Program-made: the position numbers and the translations under genes
Origin: an uncultured Candidatus Rokubacteria bacterium
Lineage (GTDB): Bacteria; Methylomirabilota; Methylomirabilia; Rokubacteriales; CSP1-6
Assembly (NCBI GenBank): GCA_963771355.1
Contig: CAVYTA010000005.1
Span: 608,001 to 672,000 of the forward strand
Reading direction: 5' to 3'
DNA length: 64,000 nt
Notes under the pieces: generated by a model
Seen by the model: only the letters and a program-made list of their open reading frames with translations
Told to the model about the DNA's origin: nothing
Database searches by the model: none
In this document: positions 49,845 through 61,478 of the stretch, in pieces
Layout: the number at the start of each line of letters is the position of its first letter
How positions within the stretch are numbered: the first letter of the stretch is position 1

Positions 49845-50861
49845 ATGTCGCGCTCGCTCGCTCTCGTCATCTCGATTGTCCTGCTCCTCGCCGGAGGGCC
49901 CGCCCAGGCTCAGACCAAGGTCAAGGTGGGCGTCCTCAAGCTCACGTCTTCCGCGCCGGTCTTCGTGGGCGTCGAGAAGGGCTTCTTCAAGGAATTCGGC
50001 GTGGAGCCGGAGCTGGTCTACTTCCAGGCGGCGGCGCCCATTGCCACCGCGCTCGCGGCGGGCGCGGTCGAGGTCGGCGCCACCGGTCTCACCGCCGCGC
50101 TCTACAACATCGTGCTCCAGGGCGAGAAGCTGTGGATCGTCGCCGACAAGGGCCGCGAGTGGGCCGGCTTTCCGCTGGTGGGCATCGTGGTACAGAAGGA
50201 GCTCTGGGACTCGGGCAAGGTGCGCTCGATCAAGGACCTCAAGGGCCGGACCATCGGCGTGACCCAGCTCGGCTCTACCTTCCACTACCACATCGGCAAT
50301 ATCCTGGAGAAGGAAGGGCTCGCGCTCTCCGACGTGCGCATCGTCCCCCTCCAGGCCATGCCCGCCACGGTGGAGGCGCTCAAGGGCAAGTCGGTGGACG
50401 CCATCCTGGTGCCGCAGCCGTTTCCCGGCGCCACCGAGGCCCAGGGATTCGGCAAGGTGCTCTTCTGGGCCGGCGACCTCTACCCGTGGCAGATCGCTGC
50501 CGTCTTCTACTCGAAGCAGTTCGCCGCCGACCGCGAGAAGGCGGTGGCCTTCATGAAGGGGTACGTGAAGGCCTCGCGCTACTATCACGACGCCGCCCTC
50601 GTCACGAAGGACGGACGGCCGGCGCCCGGAGCCAACTACGAGGACGTGGTGGAGATCACCGCGAAGTACACCGGGGCCAAGCCCGAGCTGATCCGGGCCG
50701 GACTGCCCTACCAGGACCGCAACGGCCGGCTCTGGATCGCCGACGTCGAGAAGCAGATCAAGTGGTGGGTCGAGCACGGCTTCATGAAGAGCCTCCTGCC
50801 CGTCAAGGAGGTCGTGGATCCCAGCTTCGTCGAGGAGGCGGTGAAGCAGCTCGGCGGCTAG
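49845..50861 (+). CDS. ABC substrate-binding protein (SsuA/NMT1-like)
   Basis: Signal peptide; EKGFFKEFG and DLKGRTIG motifs. AAGGAG RBS before ATG 49845, with a possible internal promoter TG-A-TAGGTT at 49808-49816. Confidence 0.9.
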   Translation: MSRSLALVISIVLLLAGGPAQAQTKVKVGVLKLTSSAPVFVGVEKGFFKEFGVEPELVYFQAAAPIATALAAGAVEVGATGLTAALYNIVLQGEKLWIVADKGREWAGFPLVGIVVQKELWDSGKVRSIKDLKGRTIGVTQLGSTFHYHIGNILEKEGLALSDVRIVPLQAMPATVEALKGKSVDAILVPQPFPGATEAQGFGKVLFWAGDLYPWQIAAVFYSKQFAADREKAVAFMKGYVKASRYYHDAALVTKDGRPAPGANYEDVVEITAKYTGAKPELIRAGLPYQDRNGRLWIADVEKQIKWWVEHGFMKSLLPVKEVVDPSFVEEAVKQLGG

Positions 50862-50871
50862 TCCGCGAACC

Positions 50872-50880
50872 TGCTATCAT
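50872..50880 (+). promoter_or_regulatory. extended -10 box just upstream of the biotin carboxylase gene
   Basis: TG-C-TATCAT, 9 nt before GTG 50890. No SD. Confidence 0.5.
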
Positions 50881-50889
50881 TTTCCCCGC

Positions 50890-52388
<1,499 letters not shown>

Positions 52389-52392
<4 letters not shown>

Positions 52393-52886
52393 AGTTCGAG
52401 GCGGAGGTCGAGGGCCGGGTGATTCCCGTGGAGGTGACGGGCGCGGCGGGCCGGTACCGGGTGACGGTCGCGGGCGAGACCCTGGAGGTGGACGCCCGCC
52501 GGGTGGGGGAGAGCGGCTGGTCGCTGCTGCTCGGCACCGCGTCGCACTGGGCCGACCTCAGCGAGGAGGACGGCGTCACCGTGGTCTCCGTGGATGGCGA
52601 GGTCCATCGAATCCGCGTGGAGGAGGAGACGCGCTATCTCATCCGCACCCGCGGGGGCACCGCCGCCGCGAGCGGCCAGGTGCTCAAGGCCCCCATGCCC
52701 GGGCGCGTGGTCCTCATCGAGGTCGCGGTGGGGCAGCGGGTGAGCCGCGGCGACGGGCTCGTGATCCTCGAGGCGATGAAGATGGAGAACGAATTTCGCG
52801 CCAGCGGGGAGGGGACGGTCAAGGAGATCCGGGTGCAACCCGGCCAGGCCGTCAACCCCGGCGACGTCCTGATCGTCATCGAGTAG
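52389..52886 (+). CDS. biotin carboxyl carrier protein
   Basis: APMPG..EAMKM biotinylation motif. Confidence 0.92.
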
Positions 52887-52888
52887 CC

Positions 52889-53626
<738 letters not shown>

Positions 53627-53647
53627 CCGACACGCAGGAGGCTACGC

Positions 53648-54523
53648 ATGAAGAAGTCACTCGTGATCGTCCTCGCCCTCGCGCTGGTGGCGGGGGGCCT
53701 GGCGCCGGCCGTCGCCCAGCAGGCGGCGCCCGCCGGCGGCACCCTCGAGAAGATCGGCCAGTCCGGCACCCTCACCATCGGCACCCGTACCGGGTCGCCG
53801 CCCTTCGCCTACGTCAACGCCAAGAACGAGTGGGTAGGGTTCTCGATCGACCTCGTGGAGGAGCTGGTCAAGCCCGCCATCGAGAAGAAGATCGGCAAGC
53901 CCATCAAGCTGGAGAAGAAGGAATCCACTCCGCCTACCCGCATCCCGCTCCTCACCTCGAATGCGGTGGACCTGATCGCGGGGACGATGACCGACACGCG
54001 GACACGGCGGGAGAGCGCGGACTTCTCGCTCACCTTCTTCGTGACCGGCGCCCAGTTCCTCGTCAAGAAGGGGAGCCCCATCAAGGGCATCCAGAACATC
54101 GACGGCCGGCGCATCGCCGCCCAGCAGGGCTCGACCAACGCGCGGATCATCCGTGAAAAGGCCCCCAAGGCCCAGCTCCGCGAGTTCCCGGACCAGCCCG
54201 CCGCCTTCCAGGCGCTCCTCCAGGGCCAGGTGGATGCCTACACCAATGACGGCATCCAGCTCGCCGGTCTGAAGGCGAAGGCTCCGAACCCGGCCCAGTG
54301 GGAGATCGTCGGCGAGTTCTTCTCCTACGAGCCCTACGGCATGGCCATGCGGAAGGGCGACTCCGACTTCCGCAATGTCGTGAACGCAGGCCTCATGGAG
54401 GGTATCGAGTCCGGAAAGTACTTCGAGATCTACGACAAGTGGTTCGGGCCCAAGGGCGAGCTGCCGTATCCCATGAGCGCGGCGGTGCGCCAGTTCATGA
54501 TTTATCAGGTAGTTCCCAAGTAG
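53648..54523 (+). CDS. polar amino acid ABC substrate-binding protein (GltI-like)
   Basis: Signal peptide; GFSIDL, TRIPLL and EPYG motifs. Confidence 0.9.
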   Translation: MKKSLVIVLALALVAGGLAPAVAQQAAPAGGTLEKIGQSGTLTIGTRTGSPPFAYVNAKNEWVGFSIDLVEELVKPAIEKKIGKPIKLEKKESTPPTRIPLLTSNAVDLIAGTMTDTRTRRESADFSLTFFVTGAQFLVKKGSPIKGIQNIDGRRIAAQQGSTNARIIREKAPKAQLREFPDQPAAFQALLQGQVDAYTNDGIQLAGLKAKAPNPAQWEIVGEFFSYEPYGMAMRKGDSDFRNVVNAGLMEGIESGKYFEIYDKWFGPKGELPYPMSAAVRQFMIYQVVPK

Positions 54524-54562
54524 TCCGCGCGTGGGAGGTGTCGGGGCAGGGCCGGGGGCGGG

Positions 54563-54644
54563 GGCGCGGCCGGGGGCAGGGGGCACACTCGCTTTGCTCA
54601 GTACAGCATTCGCCGCGAGCGTACCCCCTGCCCCCGGCCGCGCC
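54563..54644. repeat. long intergenic inverted repeat (30-bp arms, 28/30 match, 22-nt loop)
   Basis: GGCGCGGCCGGGGGCAGGGGGCACACTCGC (54563-54592) versus GCGAGCGTACCCCCTGCCCCCGGCCGCGCC (54615-54644). Confidence 0.85.
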
Positions 54645-54676
54645 TCTGCTCTTCTGACAGACGCAGCTCAATACTT

Positions 54677-55399
54677 GTGAATTACAAGTTTGATTGGTCG
54701 GTGCTGTGGACGGGGCAGTCGGGGCAGTGGCTGCTCAGCGGCCTCATCACCACGCTCGAGCTGTCGGCGTGTGCCTGGGTGCTGGCGGTGGCGCTGGGCA
54801 TCCTCTCCGGCGCGCTCCGTACGATGCCGTTCCGGCCGCTGCGGGCGGTCGCCACCTTCTACGTGGAGTTCTTCCGGAACGTCCCCCTGCTGGTGTGGAT
54901 GTTCTTCTGGTACTTCGGCGTGCCGCCGTTCCTGCCCGCGGCCGTGCAGGAGTGGCTGTTCAGCCACGGACTCGAGTTCTGGGCGGCGGTGTGCGCGCTC
55001 GGGGTGTACAGCGGCGCGCGCTTCTCGGAAGTCCTCCGCTCCGGCATCCAGTCCATCCCGCGCACCCAGCTCGAGGCCTCGGTGGCCTCCGGGCTCACCG
55101 TCGCCCAGGCCTACCGGTACGTGATCCTCCCCATCGCGCTGCGCCTCATCATCCCGCCCGCCACCAGTGAGTCGCTCAACCTGCTCAAGAACTCCTCGGT
55201 GGCGCTGACCATCTCGGTGGCCGAGCTCACCTTCCAGACGCGGCAGATCGAGACCTACACCGCCAAGGCGATCGAGGCCCTCACCGCCGGCACCGTCATC
55301 TATCTCGTCCTCTGCGTCTCCCTCGCCTCCGTGATGGCGTGGGTGGAGCGGCGGACGGCGATTCCCGGCCTCATCGTGGGCGGACGGCGGCGCGCATGA
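54677..55399 (+). CDS. amino acid ABC permease (GltJ-like)
   Basis: YVEFFRNVPLLV, EAA-type loop and LLKNSS motifs. Confidence 0.92.
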   Translation: MNYKFDWSVLWTGQSGQWLLSGLITTLELSACAWVLAVALGILSGALRTMPFRPLRAVATFYVEFFRNVPLLVWMFFWYFGVPPFLPAAVQEWLFSHGLEFWAAVCALGVYSGARFSEVLRSGIQSIPRTQLEASVASGLTVAQAYRYVILPIALRLIIPPATSESLNLLKNSSVALTISVAELTFQTRQIETYTAKAIEALTAGTVIYLVLCVSLASVMAWVERRTAIPGLIVGGRRRA

Positions 55400-56076
55400 C
55401 GTTCGACTTCTCCGTGGTGTGGCGGAACCTCGACTTCCTCCTCCTCCAGGGATTCCTCGGCTTCGGCAACTTCGTGGGCGGCACCCTGCGGCTGGCCATC
55501 CCGTCCATCGTGCTCGGCTTCATCCTCGGGATCTTCATCGGGCTGGCGCGGCTCTCGAACCGGGTGTGGCTGCGCGTGCCGGCGACGCTCTACGTCGAGT
55601 TCTTCCGCGGCGTCCCGCTGGTCATGGTGATCTTCTGGATCTGGTTCATCATCCCCATCCTGCTCAAGACCAAGATCCCCGAGTTCGGCGTCGCGCTCAC
55701 CGCCTTCGTGATCTTCGAGGCCGCCTACCTGGGCGAGATCGTGCGCGCGGGCGTCCAGTCGGTGCCGCGGGGCCAGGTGGAGGCCGCCACCGCGGTGGGG
55801 CTCTCCTCCTCCCGGACCATGCGATACGTGGTGCTCCCGCAGGCGCTCAAGAACATGATTCCCTCGCTGGTGACCCAGTTCATCGTGCTCTTCAAGGACA
55901 CCTCGCTGGCCTCCATCATCGGGTTCATGGACCTGACCAAGGCCGCCCAGGTGGTGAACAACCGCGAGATCCGCCCCTTCGAGCTCTACCTGTTCATCGC
56001 GGTGGTGTACTGGGTGTGCACGTATTCGATGTCCCGCTACGCGCGCTCGCTGGAGAAGAGGCTGGGCCCTGCCTGA
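55396..56076 (+). CDS. amino acid ABC permease (GltK-like)
   Basis: YVEFFRGVPL, AAYLGEIVRAG, QVEAA and LFKDTSL motifs. Confidence 0.92.
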   Translation: MTFDFSVVWRNLDFLLLQGFLGFGNFVGGTLRLAIPSIVLGFILGIFIGLARLSNRVWLRVPATLYVEFFRGVPLVMVIFWIWFIIPILLKTKIPEFGVALTAFVIFEAAYLGEIVRAGVQSVPRGQVEAATAVGLSSSRTMRYVVLPQALKNMIPSLVTQFIVLFKDTSLASIIGFMDLTKAAQVVNNREIRPFELYLFIAVVYWVCTYSMSRYARSLEKRLGPA

Positions 56077-56080
56077 GACG

Positions 56081-56893
56081 GTGCTGCCGTCCGGGGTGCG
56101 CCTGCACTGGCGCGCGGCCGGCGATCCCTCCCGGCCTCCGCTGGTGTGGATCCACGGGGGCTCGGTCGAGGATTCCTCCGTGATGCTGCCCGACGTGGAG
56201 CCGTTCCTCCACCGCATCTACGCGCTCCTCCCGGACACACGCGGTCACGGACGGTCGCAGCGCTTCGAGCGGCCCGAGGACTATGGCTACGGCGCCAAGG
56301 CGGCGGACCTGGTGGCCTGGCTGGACACCCTCGGGGTCCCCGCCGCCGTCTTCGGCGGCGCCTCCATGGGCGCGGCGCTTTCGCTGTGGTTGGCGGTGCA
56401 CCATGCCCCGCGCGTGCGAGGGGTCGTCTCGATCAGCGGACCGCCCTATGCGCCGCCGGAGGCGGATCGACGCTGGTGGGCCGCCCACCGGCCCCTGGTG
56501 GCCGCAGGCCGCTTCGACGAGTACTTCGACGCCAACGTGCGGCTGCGCATGGGCGAGGGGGCCCTGGCCCGGCTCAAGGCGCGTCCCGAGCGCTACGCCG
56601 AGCTGCTGGAGAGCCTGCGGCGACACTCGGTGGCCTCGCTCCTCGCGCTCCTCGACGAGACCTACTCGCGACCGGAGTGGCTGGCCGACTGCGCGGGCAT
56701 CCGCTGCCCGGTGCAGATCGTGGCCGGCGAGCGCGACCACTTTCCCACCGTGGAGATGTCCCGCCGCTTGGCCGAGACGATTCCCGGCGCCCGCCTGCAC
56801 GTGGTGGCGGAGGGGCCGCACTTTCCCAACCGCAGTCACCGGGCCGAAGTGCAGCAGGTGATGGACACGTTCCTGTCCTCGCTCGGCATCTGA
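56081..56893 (+). CDS. alpha/beta hydrolase
   Basis: HGG, DTRGHGRS, nucleophile elbow GASMG and a C-terminal catalytic His (GPHFPN). Confidence 0.88.
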   Translation: MLPSGVRLHWRAAGDPSRPPLVWIHGGSVEDSSVMLPDVEPFLHRIYALLPDTRGHGRSQRFERPEDYGYGAKAADLVAWLDTLGVPAAVFGGASMGAALSLWLAVHHAPRVRGVVSISGPPYAPPEADRRWWAAHRPLVAAGRFDEYFDANVRLRMGEGALARLKARPERYAELLESLRRHSVASLLALLDETYSRPEWLADCAGIRCPVQIVAGERDHFPTVEMSRRLAETIPGARLHVVAEGPHFPNRSHRAEVQQVMDTFLSSLGI

Positions 56894-57056
56894 CCCCCCC
56901 GGAATTCCCTCCCGACCGCGCGTGCTATCCTGAGGTGCCTTCCAAGAGACTTCAGGGTTGACGCCGTGGCGTCGAGCCTCATGGCATCTGGCGTGTTTGC
57001 AGTTCGGTCATGACGGCTCGGCGTGAGTATGCGGGTTGTCGACGGAAAGCCGGCGC

Positions 57057-57236
57057 ATGGTCGTCGAACGGCAGGACGAAAAGGATACCCGCCTCATCCA
57101 GTGTGAGTGGTGCAAGCTCAAGATCGCCCATCAGGACGGCCGCTACAACGTGGGCGACCTGAGTTACCACCCGGAGTGCTACGCGCGGATGCGGAAGGGG
57201 GACGTGCGCCCTCCGTTCGGTAGCATGCCTCGGTGA
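57057..57236 (+). CDS. small putative zinc-binding protein (CxxC...HxxC)
   Basis: CEWC-17aa-HPEC. The stop overlaps the next gene's GTG; upstream TG-C-TATCCT box at 56923-56931. Confidence 0.55.
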   Translation: MVVERQDEKDTRLIQCEWCKLKIAHQDGRYNVGDLSYHPECYARMRKGDVRPPFGSMPR

Positions 57237-57532
57237 CCCGGCGCGGCCGGCTCGCCCGCTGGGAGACCTGGGTCACGGTCGGCGGTGTGCTCGTGCTCGC
57301 GCTCGTCGGCGTGGACATCGCGCTCTTCGAGCGGAACCGGGGCGTCCAGGCCGAGCTCGCCGCGCGCCAGCAGTTCATCCAGCAGACGGGGCAGCTCGAG
57401 ACGCTGCAGCGCGAGCTGATCAACGCCATCGCAAGCCTCGCGGCGCGCGACAACGACGACGCCCTGCGCGCCATCCTGACCGACCATGGGATCACGCCCG
57501 GCCCGGCGCCGCGGACGCCGGGGCGGCCATGA
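57233..57532 (+). CDS. hypothetical single-TM coiled-coil protein
   Basis: TM helix, then a Gln-rich helix ending LRAILTDHGIT. Confidence 0.7.
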   Translation: MTRRGRLARWETWVTVGGVLVLALVGVDIALFERNRGVQAELAARQQFIQQTGQLETLQRELINAIASLAARDNDDALRAILTDHGITPGPAPRTPGRP

Positions 57533-57924
57533 GGGACGAGCCGCTCGACGACGCCCCCGCGGAGCCGTCGGGCCCGCGCGTCGCGATCAGTCCCTGGCCG
57601 CTCCTGGCGTTGCTGGTGGTGGGCCTCCTCGCCTGGTTCGGCGAGCAGGCCTGGCACCTCCAGCGGGAATACCGCAGCTTCGTCCAGATCCGGGCGAGCT
57701 CGGAGGCCCCCCTCGAGCAGGCCCGGAAGCGCCGCGCCCAGCTCGAGTCGATCATGCGGCGCACCTTCGAGCTGGCCCAGACGGGGAATCCTCGGGCGAC
57801 CCTCATCCTGCAGGAGCTGGCCCGGCGCGGCGTGACGATCAACCCCGCCCCCGGGGCGGGGACCACTCCCGGCGCGCCCGCGCCGTCCCCTCACGCTCCG
57901 GCGGCGCCGGCTCCCACGAAGTAG
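57529..57924 (+). CDS. hypothetical single-TM coiled-coil protein
   Basis: TM helix, then a helical region ending LILQELARRGVTINP and a Pro/Ala tail. ATGA overlap. Confidence 0.7.
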   Translation: MRDEPLDDAPAEPSGPRVAISPWPLLALLVVGLLAWFGEQAWHLQREYRSFVQIRASSEAPLEQARKRRAQLESIMRRTFELAQTGNPRATLILQELARRGVTINPAPGAGTTPGAPAPSPHAPAAPAPTK

Positions 57925-57934
57925 CGCGGTCCGT

Positions 57935-58924
57935 TCAGCGGGCCGGGAAGTGGGGCACGATCTCCTCGGCGATGCGGTCCAGCTGCTCCAGGTCGTAGTC
58001 GAGCGGCGCCAGCACGAGGTACTCGATGCCCGTCCGCTCGAGATCGCCGATGCGATCCACGATCTCCGCGGTGCTCCCCATGAAATAGGACTCCTGCAGC
58101 TGGTCGAAGGATCGGTGCGTCCCCATCACGCGCTCGAAGCGCGGGCGCTGGGCGGCCAGCGCGGCGGCGCGATCCCGCGCGTCCACCAGGTGCACGAAGT
58201 TGATGTGGCCGTACCGGAGGGTGGCGGGATCCCGGCCCTGGGCGGCGAGATGCGTCCGCACCGCCTCGACGTCCGCCTTGACCATGGCCTGGGTGCCGGC
58301 GGCGCGGGCGAGCCAGCCGTCGGCCCCGGCGATGCGCCGCAACACCGCGGGGTCGAGATAGGTCTTGTCGGGGGACAGCGCGGTCCGCACCTTGCCGCCC
58401 CCGCCCACCCAGACCTCCGGCATGCGCGGCAGCAGCGGCTCCATGGTGAGCCCGCGGAAGCGATAGTACTGGCCCTCGAAGCTCACGTCGCGCTCGGTGA
58501 GGAGGCGGCGCGTGGCGGCCAGGATCTCGTCGGTGCGAGGCCCGCGCTCCGCGAGCGGAATCGCGAGCGACTCGTACTCGCGCGCGTCCCACCCGGAGGC
58601 CACGCCCAGGACCACGCGGCCGCCCGAGAGGTGATGCAGGCTCTGGATCTCGCGCGCCAGCGTCACCGGGTGATGGTAGGGGAGCACGAGGACGCCGGTG
58701 GCAAGGCGGATGCGCGTGGTGACGGCCGCGACATGCGAGAGGCAGAGGAGCGGCGACATCCAGACCGCGCCGTAGAGGCCGGGCGCCACCAGGAAGTGCT
58801 CGCACACCCAGAGGGCGTCGAAGCCGAGCGCTTCCGCCTTCCTGGCAAAGTCGCGCATGCGCCCGGCCTTCTCGAAATCGAGGTCGGGCCAGGCGTAGGT
58901 GGGGAGGTAGAGGGCGAAGCGCAT
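57935..58924 (-). CDS. luciferase-like (LLM) flavin-dependent oxidoreductase
   Basis: AEALGFDALWVCEH, HPVTLAREI..LHHLSGGR and FEGQYY motifs. Confidence 0.9.
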   Translation of the reverse strand: MRFALYLPTYAWPDLDFEKAGRMRDFARKAEALGFDALWVCEHFLVAPGLYGAVWMSPLLCLSHVAAVTTRIRLATGVLVLPYHHPVTLAREIQSLHHLSGGRVVLGVASGWDAREYESLAIPLAERGPRTDEILAATRRLLTERDVSFEGQYYRFRGLTMEPLLPRMPEVWVGGGGKVRTALSPDKTYLDPAVLRRIAGADGWLARAAGTQAMVKADVEAVRTHLAAQGRDPATLRYGHINFVHLVDARDRAAALAAQRPRFERVMGTHRSFDQLQESYFMGSTAEIVDRIGDLERTGIEYLVLAPLDYDLEQLDRIAEEIVPHFPAR

Positions 58925-58934
58925 GCGCGGGGGA

Positions 58935-61214
58935 TCAGCCGCGAACGGCGCGCGGGCCGAAGGCGGCCTCGATGGCCGCGCGCACCCTCGACGGGGTGAC
59001 CGGCAGCGCAGTGACGCGCACGTCGAGGTCGCGGAGCGCGTCGCACACCGCGTTGGCGATCGCGGCGCCCAGGCCGGGATTGCCGCACTCGCCGACCCCG
59101 CGGAGGCCCAGCGGGTTGGTGTGGGCGGGGATCTCCTGGTAGAACGCCTCGATCGCGGGGACGTCGGTGAAGAGCGGCAGGGCATAGTCGAGCAAGGTGC
59201 CGGTGAGGAGCTGGCCCTCCGCGTCGTACTCGAGCGACTCCAGCATGGCGTTGCCGATCCCGAAGGCGGCGCCGCCCGCGAGCTGGGCCTCGATGAGGGC
59301 AGGATTGACCGCGCGGCCCACGTCGGCTCCCAGCACTACCCGGCGCACCCGCACCACGCCGGTGGCCTCGTCCACCTCCACCACCACCGCGACGCCGCCG
59401 CCCGCATAGGTGAGCTTGGGCACGCTGAAGGACGCGCCGGCGGCGAGCGGGCCGGCGGCGGCCAGCTCGGCGAGGCTGACCCGGCGCCCGCGCGCCGAGC
59501 ACGCCCCCGCGGAATAGGTGACCTCGTCCGCGGACACGCCGAGCAGGGTGGCGGCGCGGCCGCGCGCGTCCTCCTGGAGCTTGTCCGCCGCCATCTGTGC
59601 GGCATTGCCGGCGGTGACGGTGCCCCGCGAGCCGTAGGTGCCCACGCCGCTCTCGATGGCGGCGGTGTCAGGATGCCGCACGTCGAAGCGGTCGGCGGGG
59701 AGGCCGAGCGCGGAGCCCAGGATCTGGGCCAGCGCCGTCTCGAGTCCGGGCCCCATGGAGGAGGCGCCGGTGTCCACGCGGAAGCGGCCGTCCGGTCGCG
59801 CCTCCACGCGCGCGGTCTCGAAGGGCCCGAGGCCCGTCTTCTCCACGTACATGGCGAGCCCGATGCCCAGCCGCACCCCGCGCGCCGCCGCCGCCCGCTG
59901 CTCGGCCCGCGCGCCCGCGTAGTCCAGACGCTCGAGCAGACGCTCGAACAGGGCGGGGAAGTCCCCGGAGTCGTACACGGTCTTCACGCCGAAGGAGACG
60001 GTGCCGCAATCCCACGGCATCTCGTCGGCCCGGACGAGGTTCCGGCGGCGGATGGCGACGGGATCGAGGCCCAGCCGCGCCGCCGCCGCGTCGAGTAGCC
60101 GCTCGCGCGCGAAGTTGCACTCGGGACGGCCGGGAGAGCGCAGCGTGCCCACCGGCGTCTTGTTGGTGACCACGCTCCAGAGGTCGCAGGCATAGTCGGG
60201 CATGCGGTAGGGGCCGGGCAGCAGCGCGGCGCCGAACTCCGCCGGCACCAGCGCCGCGGTGCGCACGTAGGCCCCGATGTCGGCGCGGATCACCGCGCGC
60301 ACGCCGCGGATCGTCCCGTCGCGGTCGAAGCCCATCTCCAGCTCGTACACCGTCTCGCGGGCGTGATTGGCGGCCATGAGGTTCTCGCGCCGCTCCTCGA
60401 TCCAGCGGACGGGCCGGCCGCACGCGAGCGCAGCGAGCGGGACCAGGATGTCCTCCGGGTAGAGCTCGCCCCGCACCCCGAAGCCGCCGCCCACGTCCAC
60501 CTCGGTGAGGCGCAGGGCGCCCGGCGGCAGGCCGAAGATGGGCGCGAGGATACCGCGATTGATGTGGATGCACTTGGTGGAGCCGATGAGGTGCAGCTCG
60601 CCGCCGCTCGCGGCGGGCGGCACCGCCACCAGCCCGCGCGTCTCCAGCGCGGCGGCCGTCTGCCGCGGATGCGCGAACCGCTCGCGGAGCACCAGCGCGG
60701 CGGCGGCCAGCGCGGCGTCGGCGTCGCCCACTCGCATGCCGATCACGGCCACGTTGTTGGAGTCGGTACCGGGAAAGAGCCGGGGCGCTCCCGGGGCCAG
60801 CGCGGCCTCCACCGAGGCCATCACGGGAAGGGGCGCATACTCCACCTCGATCTGGTCGAGGGCGTCCTCGGCGATGTAGCGGGAGTCCGCGACCACCAGG
60901 GCTACCGGCTCGCCGACATACCGCACCACGCCCCGGGCGATGGCCGGCTGGAGATAGCGCGGCGCCCCTTCGGGGACCGGCACCCGGTTGGGAATGATGG
61001 CGCTCGCGGGCACGTCGTCGGCGGTGAGGACGGCCCGCACGCCGGGCATCGACCGGGCGCGCCGCGCATCCACTCGGACGATGCGCGCGTGCGCGTGACG
61101 CGAGCGCAGCACCACCGCCTCGAGCATGCCCTCCGCGCGCACGTCGGCCACGAAGCGGCCGTGGCCGGTGAGGAAGGGCTCGGCGCCCAGCCGTGCGAGG
61201 GCGGCGCCGATCAT
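58935..61214 (-). CDS. xanthine dehydrogenase/CoxL-family molybdenum hydroxylase large subunit
   Basis: LTGHGRFVAD, VRYVGE, VGGGFG, PGPY, GTYGSRG and GVGE motifs. The active-site loop is TLRSPGR. Confidence 0.9.
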   Translation of the reverse strand: MIGAALARLGAEPFLTGHGRFVADVRAEGMLEAVVLRSRHAHARIVRVDARRARSMPGVRAVLTADDVPASAIIPNRVPVPEGAPRYLQPAIARGVVRYVGEPVALVVADSRYIAEDALDQIEVEYAPLPVMASVEAALAPGAPRLFPGTDSNNVAVIGMRVGDADAALAAAALVLRERFAHPRQTAAALETRGLVAVPPAASGGELHLIGSTKCIHINRGILAPIFGLPPGALRLTEVDVGGGFGVRGELYPEDILVPLAALACGRPVRWIEERRENLMAANHARETVYELEMGFDRDGTIRGVRAVIRADIGAYVRTAALVPAEFGAALLPGPYRMPDYACDLWSVVTNKTPVGTLRSPGRPECNFARERLLDAAAARLGLDPVAIRRRNLVRADEMPWDCGTVSFGVKTVYDSGDFPALFERLLERLDYAGARAEQRAAAARGVRLGIGLAMYVEKTGLGPFETARVEARPDGRFRVDTGASSMGPGLETALAQILGSALGLPADRFDVRHPDTAAIESGVGTYGSRGTVTAGNAAQMAADKLQEDARGRAATLLGVSADEVTYSAGACSARGRRVSLAELAAAGPLAAGASFSVPKLTYAGGGVAVVVEVDEATGVVRVRRVVLGADVGRAVNPALIEAQLAGGAAFGIGNAMLESLEYDAEGQLLTGTLLDYALPLFTDVPAIEAFYQEIPAHTNPLGLRGVGECGNPGLGAAIANAVCDALRDLDVRVTALPVTPSRVRAAIEAAFGPRAVRG

Positions 61215-61354
61215 GCCCGGCGCGCCGGGACCACCGGAGGCAAGGACGTCACCGGCGGATGATAGCCTCTGCCCGGGGAGCGGGCAACGCCCCCGCGGCC
61301 GGTTCGGGATTGCGAAACGCGAGGGGTGGAGGTCGCGTAAGCGCGCGGCGTGCC

Positions 61355-61383
61355 TTGACAAATCGGAGACCGGTTGTTACCAA
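61355..61383 (+). promoter_or_regulatory. putative sigma70 promoter
   Basis: Perfect TTGACA, 17 nt, then TG-T-TACCAA(T); the -10 box is imperfect. Confidence 0.45.
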
Positions 61384-61478
61384 TGGCTCCCACGGGGGAC
61401 GCGCCATGACCCTCTTCACTATGCGGATATTCATCGGTTCCACCAAGGCGTCCCGCGTCCGCCGGATGGAGTAGCCGC

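Noticed and set aside
58935..61214. Aerobic CO dehydrogenase
   Set aside because: Lacks the AYxCSFR Cu-binding motif and has no coxM/coxS or accessory genes.
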